The notes under the pieces are model-generated. The model did not search any database. It worked only from the letters and a program-made list of their open reading frames with translations, and was not told the DNA's origin. The position numbers and the translations under genes are program-made. Shown here one piece after another: positions 47,922-60,503 of a stretch of 64,000 bases of DNA; position 1 is the stretch's first letter; the number at the start of each line of letters is the position of its first letter. Where the stretch lies: contig JADIIX010000029.1 in NCBI GenBank assembly GCA_027604505.1, forward strand, positions 62,001 to 126,000. Direction: 5' to 3'. Source of the DNA: Gonapodya sp. JEL0774. Its lineage: Eukaryota.

Positions 47922-49924
47922 ATGGTTCTCAAAAAGATTCGCCTGGAGTATTGGGAGGGTTGGTTGAACTTGGACAATTGACTGGATTTGATGGGCAGGG
48001 ATTTCATGTTCCTATCCGCATCCTTTCGGTCATTTCTAAAACGCTCCATTGCAGGGATCAAAATCTTAGTACTACGGAGCGAGAACTTCCCGACAAAGTA
48101 CGACGAGTTCGTCTTTATCATTTGCAGCAAGATACCTGCTGTTCGCGCAGCTGCGGAGCGGCATCTTATCAGGCTCCGGTTCCAGGACCCAGAGGAACCA
48201 ATCCGCCTTATTGACATTGACGATGATGATGACTTGCATCTGCTGTTCGAAACGTCAGAAACATCCGTGGTAGTGGTCGAATTCGAAGAGGTAGGATTGT
48301 ATTTGGCTGTTTGTCCCGGTGTTTCTTCGTGCTGAATGTGTGAACCCCATCCCAGGCCACCAATGAGACGCGAAATCTGTTATGGTCAAGGACGCGCTAT
48401 GAATCATTTCGTGACTTCGCTGACGCGAATCAATCGGAAAGAGGAAGGGACCGAGCACAACGTAGTGTCGCACCAGCCGCTGAACTCGTATTCCCTCTAG
48501 ACTTGGCGAAGACACAAGTACTACAACGAAGCAGCGGTCTCCCACCCGTGTAAGCTATGCATCTCAGTGCTTCTGGGCTAACCTTGGCATTACTGATTTG
48601 CACTGGTAAAAGTTTGACGATACCGACTGGCGGCCAACTTTCCGATGCCAACCGTTCCTTCCGAGCACGTACTCCAGAACGCAACCAGTCCCCCCTGCAT
48701 TCTTCTGGCCGGAATCAGTCGCCGATGCGCATTCGGGATCGGAACAATTCACCCCTCAGAACACCGGATCTCAACACCTCACAACCCCTCAATCATTCCC
48801 CCCTACGTACTCAGGAAGTAACCCACTCACGGTCTCTGTCGATGCTTTCTGATTCTACGCTGGCCGACCGCCAACTAGCAACATTCGAGCGACAGAGTAC
48901 CGCCAACGTCACGAAGGATCAACGTATCACTGGACGTACGGGAACAGACACCTCTTCCATAGAAAAGCACTCACCTAAGAGTTCGTCGATTGACCGGCGC
49001 TCTCCTCCGGGAAGCATTTCTGAGAGCCAGGCTTTGATTGTGATGTTTCATGGGAGGGAATTCACTTTTCCTCTTGAATGGCGGACTTCGGGACTTTGCC
49101 CGAAAACTGAGCTGATGGGTGTCATTGGCAAATCACAATGGACGGGTCAGCAAGCGTGGGGGTACAAGCAGGTGAAGTGATCGCGCATAAAACATCATAT
49201 GCTGAATGAATTCTTGATCCTCATCGAAGTTCTCTTCCACAATCTGCAGCTGAATTGTAACAGTGATAACATGTCAATAACGTACGGGGTTCGATTCAGT
49301 ACCCTTCGCGAGAAACTGAAGAACGAAACTGAATACATATTCGTGAGTTCGCCAACCGAGAGTATTTGTGGCCATGTTCAATTTCTAACCCCCCCCTATT
49401 TGACTGTATACCCTTAGACCATGATGTTCGACAGTCGCCCCATTTTCCGCGCCGCTGCAGAAAAATACCCGCCAAAATTGGATGGGCTGACTGCCCACGA
49501 TTTTACCATGGCATTCGTCAACACTTTATCTGAAGTTCGCGAGATCGTCAACAGTGAGGATACTGTGGAGATCACGACAGATTGGGCATGCATTCCACCT
49601 CCCGTTGAAGCTTTTGTGGAAAATCCACATGCAGGTGGAAAATACCACTGTCTCTACATCATAAAGGACAGTCGGAACCGTCTTTTATCAGACAGTGCGC
49701 GAACCCGACTGCAAATGTGGCTCAAAATGGAGATGGGCTCTGGCCTCTGGTGTGAGTTCTTTATCCCTCAAATGACTCTGTTACCATGACGGGCTTGTAA
49801 TTTAGTTTGCGCCATGGTTTTAGCGACCCCATCGCTGAGGAAAGGAATCGATCCAACATCTGCGGGAAAGACCAACAACAAAACTCCACCTATGAACTTT
49901 GACAACATCTCATATTTTGTTTGA
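47922..49924 (+). CDS. PB1-like domain + unknown conserved C-terminal domain protein, paralogue D
   Basis: MVLKKIRLEYWE|GIKILVLRSENFPTKYDEF...IRLRFQDPEEPIRLIDIDDDDDLHLLFE; GREFTFPLEW...ELMGVIGKSQWTGQQAWGYKQ|...ITYGVRFSTLREKLKNETEYIF|TMMFDSRPIF...TDWACIPPPV...GGKYHCLYIIKDSR. Confidence 0.88.
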
Positions 49925-50144
49925 CCTTCTGCCTAGAGTAGATGATTGACGCGCTCCCATAATTCTTCCGAAATTGCGTGCATTCTGAATTTTGTGCACA
50001 GGGGTCGTGCCAGGAATACGTCTTAGAGGTTTTCGTCACTTCTTTTTCAACTCCATATCTTTACAAAATTTATTTACAAGGCAGATCTGGTGCTCTGAGC
50101 ACATTAGCGTGACGTAATTAGCCAATCTCCGTAAGAGAGTCTTA

Positions 50145-53100
50145 TCATAACGCGCCGGCATTCCACCGAGCTCCTTCCACTCGGACCTGGACACTCTGTC
50201 TATGGCGAGCGTTCTTCAGGTGTGTTTCAAAATTTCCCAACGTATTCGCAGGGCCAGTCATGTACAACCGGCCAGGGCAATCTTCACACATCATGCGAAC
50301 CTCTTTCGCGTCCAAAACTACGCCCACCCGGAATGTGACACCACGACTCTTTGCCTCTGGGGCAAGGACGAGCTCAAATCGGTCATCCGGATACTCAGAC
50401 CGGATTCTGTGCCTCGCAGCACTTGCCCAATTAGGGAGGTTAGAATCCGGGATAACATCGCTGGGGTCGAACGAAAAGGGTTGGGGAGGGGGCTTCGGAA
50501 CTGCTCGTGACGATGCATTTTGTGCTGGGGTGAGTGGACGTGGTATTGGAGGTAGGAAAGTACCGGATATCTCCGTGTGATCTTGCACTGAACTAGGATC
50601 GAAGTCAATCGAACGACTAATGGTGGCGACGAGTTGCTGGTCAACAGCTGAGTATACGTGCACGAATATGGCCTTTGAATTTGGGCTCCCGCAATGTGGT
50701 TCCAGTGATGTCTGCACTCACAACATGCTCGGCACCAAATCCTCGAATCCAGTGTTCCATCCGTCTTCCACTTCTTCAGACCGTCGATTACAACAATCCC
50801 ACAGTCAGGGCAAGCAATTGCAGGGATGGACGTCGACGCTAAAGTGAAGACGATGCGTTTTCTGGGTCGAGGATCGACCATTAATCACAAAAGTCACGCT
50901 ACTTACTTTTAATGTCCCTTCCATAACCCAAAACCACCATCTCTCCTTCAGCATTGTATCCAAATCCTTGGGGTGCCACTGCCCGTCTTTGCCGCCCCAG
51001 CTGACTACTGCCACTTGCGGCCGCCCCGCCTACACCGGGGTGTCCTCCACCAAATGGTGTCCTGCTAGTTTTAATGGGTTCTCGATCCGGTAAAGCCACT
51101 CCTCGACGCATTCTTCCAATGGCGCGAACGCGACGTCGTTTAGCTTCCCGTTCAGCAGTCCTATCCTTCGGTAACTCAAGCAGTTCATCCCCATTCGTAC
51201 ACCTCTCAAGTTTGGGTCCCCATACGTCCACCATGCTAGGATCTCTTCGGGCGCCCAGTTTTCGTAAGGGAACAGGTGGCAGAATGGCTTCCAGAATTTC
51301 GTCGTCCTCAGGCAGAAGCGAACCATCGGGAGGGAGACCCAAGAGAACCAAAGTTTTCAAGTATGCATAGGATTGCTCGCGGATTTGATGTGCGATTGCC
51401 GTTCTGTTGTAACAATACAAAATCGTAATGAGTAAAGACCGAAGTGCTCTTCCCAATCATATCCAGCAATGAAGCACCACAAAATGCCTCAAGATTACCA
51501 CGGTAAAGACAAGAAACAGTGAGAATACTCACGCGAAGTCTGCACCCAAACCCAGTTCCCTCGCAGTTACTTCAGCAAACGATTCAGGGCTCCCATGCGC
51601 AGAGGTGACGTCCCACTCAATGTGATCCGTCAGTGTCAGATTGCCAATCGTCACGTTAATCTGTGCGAGAGGAAATATCCGAGGTTTTCTGGTAAGCAAA
51701 AAACCACAAGATAATCCAGCCCTGGCAGTTCAATGTATCACCTGCACCCCAACAACCATTCCGTACCCTTCCACTTCCGCCACATGCTCCTTAAAAGTGT
51801 CTTCATCCAGATTTTCCACGCCACCTGAGTCAAGGGTCAGCAACGAATCACGTGACAAGGCAGCAGAGTGCATCCGAAAGCTGGAAATTTGACCATATTG
51901 ATAAAGTCAGCTGACGTAGGGGGCATGGCATAAATTGACACTCACTCTTCCACCTGTTCCGCAACTTGTCTAGCCACCTCCGCTACTGCTGCCCTTGTGT
52001 CTGGTACATTCAAGTCTTCACAGAGCTGTTGTGCAAACAACTCAGGCGTAACGACGGTATCTTCCACATGACAGCACCCAATGTGTCAGTCCATAAATCT
52101 GATACCTGCTGGTATCCCATTCGCCGAAACAGCTGAAAACTCACCATTTAAGTTCCATGCAAGAACATCCCGTACTCTAGCCCCGGCTTGTGTCTCCACC
52201 TCTATTCGCACAGGTACCACCAACGCTGTCTCGTTTTGCACCTCCCCTCTTCCCATCGCCTTCCAAAGTTTCCCTGTTCGTTCACGCCTTGCGAGGCCCA
52301 AGGGACCTGACCAACGACCTGAACGTCCATCCGTGGCGATACGAAAGACATCACCCCTGGCATCAGCCGCTCGTGCCTGGGCATTTGATGAGTTCCGATT
52401 CCACATCTCGGTCGCTCCCTTTACAATATCCAATCGGCGTTTCCGTTTCATGTCCTCCTCCGCTGTCGCTTGGTTGTGCTTCGCAATTTGAGAGGATACA
52501 CTCTGGGTATGATCGATGGATAATTGGGATATAGTGGTATAGTGACGCTCCCGGGCGACGTATGAGGTAACAGAGCGATCGGAGAGGGCGTTCGGTCTTC
52601 GGGCCGGTGGTGGAGTAGTGGAAGGTGGCGGGACCTCCATTGCAGATTCCAATGAACGTGCAGAAATCAATGCCTCTTTAGCCGCGTCATCTGAATCGGT
52701 GGTAGAATCTTGCGGTTCCAGAACTTGTATGTTATTGGCACTTTCGAACGATTCCGAACCCATGAGGAGCGCCATAAATGACTGCGACTGAGCTTCCATG
52801 TCCCAATCACTTGCACTCATTGGGGCTGATGACGCTACGGAATGGGGTGACTCGGGCACCACATTGTCCTCATAACTCGTATTACCGAGAATGTCGGCAT
52901 CCACGTCGAATGGGGCAGCGAGGTCATCGGATGGTAGAGCAGGGGATGACGGTTGCTTGGAGGAGCTGAGAAAAGACGTGGAGTTCGGCGAGGAAGAGGA
53001 GATTAAATTAGAAGGAGATGGTGTCGACACTGGCAATTGTGTGGGTGGGAAGAGGGCCAACAACGGGTTAGACTCCGCGGACAAGTTCTGCAGGTGAGCC

Positions 53101-54344
53101 ACTGATGAAGTAAGTCCCTGTGCCATAGAAGTATTACTCGATATGAGCGGGCTGTGCGGGGGCAGAGATGAGGTGGTAGTCAGGAATGGAGTATCCCAGA
53201 AGGAGGAGGGACTGGTAGTTGCTCCACCAGCAGTTGTGGTTACACTCATTCCATCTCGCTGAGTGGAAGAAACTTTAACAGACGGCTGCAGTGAAGCAGT
53301 GGCTCCACCACTTCCAATGTAGGTCGAACTGACACCATTGCTGCCATTAGCGGAGTTGGATCCTACGGAAGACGGCGGATTGCGTATGCCCGTCATCAAT
53401 GTCTGCAGCTGCCTGGCCTGGATGGAAGAGAGAGTGCCAAAAAAATCGTTTGTCGCGGAATTTTGAGTGGTTGCAAACGACTGGAACGATGAAGTGTCAG
53501 TGGTGTCACTCGGATTGGAATTGGCCGGAGGAGATCCGGCGAGACTGTGAATCATAGGGGAGCCAACAGAGGAGCGAGGTGTACCAGAGGGTATTGAAAG
53601 CGGTGTTGTCGGACCCCCGTCCACGGATGCTGCGGTGGAGGTCCGAGAAAGATTGTGGCCGGATGTGACTGGCAATTGGAACTGGCTCTGTTGCGAGTGG
53701 TACTGCTGCTGTGACCGCGCCAATTGCGTTAGAAGAGCATTCTGGATGTTAGCTGGAGTGGATGAGATTGATGTGGCACTGGAGTTTGAAGGTGCACGAT
53801 GGTGAATGTTCGACTGGTTTTGGAGGTGCTGCAGTTGTTGGCTCAGAAGCTGGTTTTGTATCTGCTGTGCACTCAGTTGCTGGTGATTTTGCTGATTTTG
53901 GAGAGCTTGAAGAAGCTGACTGTTCTGTTGGGTACTTTGTTGCTGTTGAATGAACCCCGCGATAGCATCCGCGCTCAAACCCGCTCCCACTCCCGGACCA
54001 ATTCCAGATAGAAAACTGCTGTTTGCTGACCCTACTGCCTGATTTTGCCCGCCACCACCTCCTGTCCAGCCGTTGAATGTGGTTGAGAGCCCGAATGATT
54101 CAGCGGCGTTCCCGCCAATGTCTTGCTGATTCTGTTGCTGTTGCTGAATGTGCTGTTGAAGCTGCCGCCGCTGTCCAAGCATCGCCAGAAGTGTCTGCGC
54201 ATTCAGTCCGCTTAGACTATTGGGAACTGCTCCACCAGCTGGACCACCGAAGCCGTTTGCCGAGCCAGTCCTGGTACCCGAATGATTTGGCTGCTGTCCT
54301 TGTTGCGCGCCTTGAAACCCTTGTTGCCGTGAGTCGGGCATCAT
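50145..54344 (-). CDS. SNF5: SWI/SNF chromatin-remodelling complex subunit Snf5 (SMARCB1/INI1 family)
   Basis: Gln/Ser-rich N-terminus. Repeat 1: LVVPVRIEVE...VRDVLAWNLN|DTVVTPELFAQQLCEDL. Repeat 2: INVTIGNLTLTDHIEWDV...SPESFAEVTARELGLG...AIAHQIREQ. Then DRTAEREAKRRR and the fungal C-terminal CEDCPGRLY...NFETHLKNARHR. Confidence 0.93.
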
Positions 54345-54806
54345 AAAGTGATATGCGATTCAGCTTGGGACACATCTCATGTCAGTTTTGGGAAGAGTGC
54401 AACGTCACCCATCCACCAGAGTCCAAACCCTTCGCCAACTATACGGTGAGCTCTACCATGTAACGATACTAATTTGCGACGTTTTTCTAATATCAGGCAC
54501 GTTCACCTCCCTCGCCCACTCTCCTCCCCCACCAACACACACTCCAAGCCATTTTTCTTTTATGTAACATGATGAAACATAATATTGGTTCACAGCATAA
54601 ATCCACAAACGAAAATGCATCCTCTATGAATAATATCCCTCAATGAGTATGTAGGAGCATCCCAAATGAACGTGCATGCTTCGTACATGTCCTGCAAATA
54701 GGTCAGAGGTTCCTTCCCGCTTCTTTACGCCTTCAGACATCAAATCGCGGTGACCAGCAATGGCCGATGCACCGGAACTATGAACAACTTCCCAAAGGGT
54801 CCACAG

Positions 54807-57404
54807 TCACCTGTTCACACGTTCCTGTGCCCTTTCTGTGTCACTGCCCCTTGAGCTGCGCGTATGATCAGACCTCCAGCCACCTTTACCATTGTCACCA
54901 GCCAACAAAGCCGAGACCAGCTCAGTCATGCTTTTCCTCCGAGCCCTCGTCGAGCTATCGGTCACCTTCGATGGGTTACCCGGTCCGTCTGGCAAAGGGC
55001 CACTGTCTGCGAGGGACTCTTTCGATTTCCCCTCCCGCTCTTCAAAAACAAATCCTAATCCTGGTGAAATAGCACTAAGGGGGCGCTGCAAACGATAACC
55101 AGGAGCAGAAGCCCTGGACCGAGACCGAGATCGAGAACCGGGGCGAGATGGGGAATTTTGGCGCGATATCCTGGGAGACGCAGCACCAGGGGCTGAATTT
55201 TTGGCAGTTTGGAGTCGCCAGACGGTGCGTAAAAGTTGTCAGCGCACGAAAAGTACCCGATCATCCAGCACATGTTGTACTCACGACCCCACTCGCTACC
55301 CACTTCCATCCTTGCTCCTAGCCATATTATCACCCTTTTCAAACACTCTTCACTGACCGTGCTGCCTCTAGACTTGACCACGTGGAGGGCTGCGTATTCG
55401 ACAGGGGACCCGCCCTGCGTCTTCGGCTCGGAAGACACCAAGTCAGATGGCGGTGCGACATACGCCCAATCTGTACCTTCAGGTGAAGTACCGGAGATCG
55501 GATCCAAAAGATTGGTCCGGAAGTCGTGGAAGTGAAGACGTTCAAGTTTGATGGGTAGGCGAGGGATGGACGCTTGGAAAAGGTTGATGTTGTCAAACAA
55601 AATGGTCTGCAAAGAATATAAAATGCTCGGTTGAGCTCTTCTGAATTGACACCAGGAGAGAAGAACCTACAAATGTATAAAGTGTGAATTGAGTTTGAGA
55701 CTTTTGACGGACACTACTGTAACGCGGAACATATGTTACAGAAAGCTCTGTTGCATCAGGTTTGAGCTTGTGGAGAAGAAGAGCATATTAAGTCGAAGCG
55801 GAAAATCTTTTTCTATGAGATTAACGCGATCCGAGACTACACTTAAACTCACCTGCTTATAACCCCATGATCTCTGCGTCCCCCACCCTTCGTCACCTAG
55901 CACTCCCATCAAATCCGCCGTCTGAGGTGCAGATGAAAGGTGCCACGGAAGGACGAAACTACGTAAGCTTCCATTGGCATCTCTCACTTCCACCTTCGTC
56001 AGTGGCTCGCCCAAAGATTTTGAGAGTGAGCTCGATGTGGACCGTCTGAGCTCGGAGCTTGGCAAAGGGGAAAGTGGTGGGGTGCTGTGGACCGACGACG
56101 CGAGATCATGATCAGCCGCAGATGTCACGACGGAGCGGACAGAGCGAGTAGCTAATGTGGTCGAGCCGACGGAGAAACGAGTTGATGGGGCAGATGTGGA
56201 GCGAGATAGAGAGTTTGACGATGAGGATGAGTCGGCATCTGTAAGAGTCTGGAGAGGAGATACTGAGTAAACTTGAATACGGAGACCAAACTTGTGTCGG
56301 CATGTCGTTGGGAACCTCACATTTGATACCGCAGTAAGCGACCCAGAGTTGGTGTTTGTTGTAATAAGAGGTCGGTTGATAATGCCAGTGGAAACAGTCT
56401 TCTTAATCGACCCTTTTGCCTGTGGAGGAACTGCGGAGGTTTGAAATCTCTCCGCGTCGCTTTCTCTGTCCGTCATCATGGAAGAACTAATGCTATTATT
56501 CGGTGGCCCTGTTGAATTGCTCCCATGCTGATCTCGGAGAGAAACAAGACCAAAAGTACGAGAATGAGTCCGAGGTGGAGGTTCGGTAAGTACTGGTGTG
56601 CTCGGAGGTGTATGAGATTGCCGCGCCGTCTGTCCCCTGTCTTTGTATTCTATTGTCGAATTGCGGCTGGTGGGGTTGCTCTGTATTCCCAACGCCGCGT
56701 TCCCGGAAGAAGACCGATGGTGGCGATTCGATAGACCTGCTAAGAAGTATTTTTCGTCCAGCGTCAAAAGCTCGGCTGATGGAGGTCTGCTGGTGCGAGA
56801 TTCAGGCAGGGTTAGGGAATGTGAACTGAAGCGCCCATTCAACATGATTCGCTCGACCGCGGAAGGAACATGACTCGAGAGACCTTCCCAATCCGAAGGG
56901 CTCGAATAAGGCAAAGGTGTAGAGCTCGCTGAAGATGAGCCTCTGACACGATTCAACTTGTCGTGCGTCCAGAGCTTGTGTTGATTCTCGATTGTCACCT
57001 TCCGAGGCATATCACAATTCAATAAGCAAAATTGCACCATAAAGCAGCAAATTCGCACGGATAGAACGTTTCCATTAGACGGAATCACCTTCAACCTCGC
57101 AGAACACTAAGAAAAGTGCTCGTACCTCCCTAAGATCGACGAACACCACACATGTTTCTGCATTCGAAGAATACATAGCTCTCAGATCCTCGTCATCCGT
57201 CATCTCTAGCACTGTATGTCCATCACTAGCCAGATACTTGAGCACGAGAACGTATTGCAGAGCGGCATTCTCGATAACTTCCACTTTCGAGCAAAGAAGG
57301 ACGACGAACTCGTCCAGGGTGGCTGGATAGCCGCCTTCTTTTAGAAGAAGGTGCTTCACGCGATCCCAGTACTCAACGCGTAGTCTTTTGGGTCCCGCGG
57401 GCAT
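54807..57404 (-). CDS. PB1-like domain + unknown conserved C-terminal domain protein, paralogue E (extended C-terminal tail)
   Basis: MPAGPKRLRVEYWDRVKHLLL...LVLKYLASDGHTVLEMTDDEDLRAMY; Ser-rich linker; RSFVLPW...DLMGVLGDEGWGTQRSWGYKQ|...LSVTYVPRYSS...|TILFDNINLF...TDWAYVAPP...EYAALHVVKSR. The last exon, inferred to run to the stop at 54807, contains RSRSRSR. Confidence 0.82.
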
Positions 57405-57630
57405 GTCTCGAATCGAGCGGGTTACATAAAATGAGGGATACCGCTATGGAACTCCACAAGCAACAACAAAGTCCGCGGACTCTCCTTGCACGTCTTTCCA
57501 ACAAACCATCATCTCATTAGTGTGGCGGTTGCATTCAACCACTTTACCATTGTTCTACCAAAGGAACGAACCGAGATTAATATTGTGATCATCATCATAA
57601 AGAATTATGTGTGTATGTGCTCTCCTACAC

Positions 57631-59476
57631 TCAAGCGCCCATTAATCGGAGTTCGGATTGCGCAATAGTGTCGGCGGCATCGCCGTTCCTTCCTCGCTGG
57701 AGCATTTGGGTGGCTGCCCAATGGAACATAAACAAATAAGTAGTGCACACGATAAGGCGATGAACCTCGCAAAATACGAACCCCAACTGCCCGCGATCAT
57801 TTGTCCCTTCAACCAACTTTGCATCCTCGTCCTTGTGGACTCGCTCATGTCCCTACTGGAGTCCTTGACAACAAACAGAACGTGGTACTCGCCACCCAAC
57901 TTCGAGTTGTCCGATACAAAGGCTACTGGAGGTTGGATACAGGCCCATTCCGTAGATACCGAGGTGGATATGGGGTCCACTAGAAGCATGCGAAACTGTG
58001 CTGCGCTCAGAGCATCGAACTTGGGTTGGTAACGACTGACCGCTGCCGTAAAGAGAGGATGGCTATCGAACATGATCGTCTTCAACACCGAAATGAAGAG
58101 AAATCATGGACAGGAGAAGAGAGGGAAGTCTTGACAGTTTGCAATGAGAGGGATGGAACTACAGATAACAAGAACTCACAAAGACAAAGTGCGTGTCACC
58201 TCCAGATTTAGAACGAAGACTGAACTTTCGTGGAGCATACTGTATCGTCATAGTAGGCTCTTCATGCTTGATCTACTGAAGCCCGATGGTAGACAGTTCT
58301 GCAAGCCACAATGAGTTGAATAAATTACCTTTTTGTAGCCCCAAGACCTTTGAATTGCCCAATCAGGTCTCCCTAGAGGCCCCATAAGGTCTTCGGAAGT
58401 TGTCCTCTCCGCAACTTTCCACACAATCGGGAACTTGTACTCCCGGGCAGCAGCAACAACCACCAAAGTTTCGGACTTTGCCGCCTGCATGACATCGTGG
58501 GGCTGAGTCTGAGTGTGGTCCGATGTATAGTGCAAGGTCGTTTAAGACATTTCGTACACCCATTGCACGTGTTTGACTAAGACGTGTGACCCACCGCTCC
58601 GACTTCCTTGAGAAGGGGATTTGAGTGAGCTATATACGGGGGCGGCATTTGAGGCATTTGAGGCATCTGCGAGCGTGGATGGAACCCCCCCATGTCGGGC
58701 TGTGACAGGTGCTGGTGCTGATGACTGGGCGGCACAGCGGCTGCCGCGATAGGTGGAGCATTGACTTGATACGGATCGGAATAGTTGGAGGAATTGGAGC
58801 GGGAAATTGAAAGTGACTGCCTATGGTTGCTTGGCCACTGGTCCATGACGGGGGCAGCTGCGACGATGTTAGACCCAGACGACTGGCTCCGCCGTGAGGG
58901 GCTGTCGCGGGCACCTGGGGCAGCCGCAGACGCAGCAGCAGCCATTTCACGGGCATCGTCAAAGCGAGCTTTGTTCCAAAGGCGGTCGCGTGTTGCTTCG
59001 GTTACCTGGAAGGGTTTTAGGGGGAATATTAGCAAGACATAAAGAGGTGAAGATAAGTGCTCAAACCAATGTAAGCGGTTTGATCCGGGACACTCCGGAT
59101 GAAATTACACTTTTTTCGTATACGTACCTCCTCCAGTTCGATGTTGATGACATTTGTCTCACTGGATTCGTACATAACTGCGAGGTCATCATCGTCGTCC
59201 AGATGGACCGCCACCGACCCATCCTGATCCTTGTACTTAAGTCTAACCACATACTGCTCCGCCGCCGATGCGATAGGTGGCATTTTTGACGAAAGTAGGT
59301 AGAAGAACTCATCGTACGTCTGGGGAAGAGTCTCGCTTCGTAGGACCACAATTTTGACCCCTGGAAGCGGAGAAGGTCAGCCAATGCCCAGCTACGACAA
59401 CAATCTGTTTGAAAAGAAACGGGATTCTCTGATACGCACCTCCCCAGTACTCGATCCGAAGCTTCTTCAGGCCCAT
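57631..59476 (-). CDS. PB1-like domain + unknown conserved C-terminal domain protein, paralogue F
   Basis: MGLKKLRIEYWG|GVKIVVLRSETLPQTYDEF...VRLKYKDQDGSVAVHLDDDDDLAVMYE (closest to the canonical OPCA motif); AREYKFPIVW...DLMGPLGRPDWAIQRSWGYKK|...|TIMFDSHPLF...TEWACIQPPV...GGEYHVLFVVKDSS...GSW|ATQMLQRGRNG. Confidence 0.88.
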
Positions 59477-60503
59477 GATATTATCGTGCGACCAAACTAG
59501 TGAGGGTCCTCGATGACACCAAAATGTGTTTACACAAGCAGTAATCGATTTGATCTGCCTTTCTCGAAGGTCGATTGATCTGCGTTCGGTGTCTCGGCGA
59601 GTTTACAAGAAGTGGGACCGTTTCGGGCTGGATCGTTTTCAAAAACGACAAGCCCACCTTTGTCCGACCATTCGACATATTGTGAGGCACATATATATTG
59701 TACATAAAACCCAAAACAACATACTATACTTCTCCATTTACTTTTGTACGCGATTTGACTCTTATAGCCGCAGTTCTGGTCAGAGACTTCATCATGATCA
59801 TTGAGCACGTTACTCTGCCTAGCGAGCAAGGCCAGTCCTAAATATAAAAGCATGCTATCCTACACATTGAATCTGAGTCTTTCTAGAGCTAAATGTGTTT
59901 GTTTGTGCAGCGGTCCTTTAGAGGGTTCACAATATGCCGCACGAACAGGAACCAGGAGGTTCGAAATGGATTTAGCCAGCGCAGTAGATTTACGCAAACG
60001 AACATAAGAATGCCCCTTGAGATGCCACGCCGGCTTGTATGGGAGGGAAAAACTGATCTTTTCTTTCTCTATCGGGAAATCGTTCGCCCTCTCGGCGGAA
60101 TCCGATAAACACATCCCCACTGCAGCTGTGAAGCAAATTTCTGATGTTGTGTTATCTTCAAGTCCAGAGCATTAAGTCCGTAATTTCAAAATCAACCAAA
60201 ATTTTCCGTGTCGAGAAGGGTTTTTTGAGTTACATATGTAACCCGGCTGACATCGAGGATTGCTGATACATAGCACTTGATTCTCAACCTTGCGGTATGT
60301 ACATAAACAAGATAGAGATGGTCCAGAATACAGGGTCAAGCCCGTGGTTGTCGAAATGCGCAGACTATCGATGCTCTCCAAACATCGAGGTGAAAGCATG
60401 TTCCGATGCGTCTTCTTGCCACCTAGAATGCGAGAATGTTGAAGGATGATATCAGGGAACGCATGAAGTGGACTGTAAGCTGTTTGTTCTCGCGACAATG
60501 ATC

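Noticed and set aside
15405..59476. Possibility that the six-copy family is a transposable element
   Set aside because: The copies have conserved spliceosomal introns, high protein divergence, no terminal repeats and no transposase motifs.
59481..60500. Short ORFs between paralogue F and the ABCB gene, one with a signal-peptide-like start (MLLYLGLALLA)
   Set aside because: No family motifs or supporting exon structure; likely promoter or UTR sequence.
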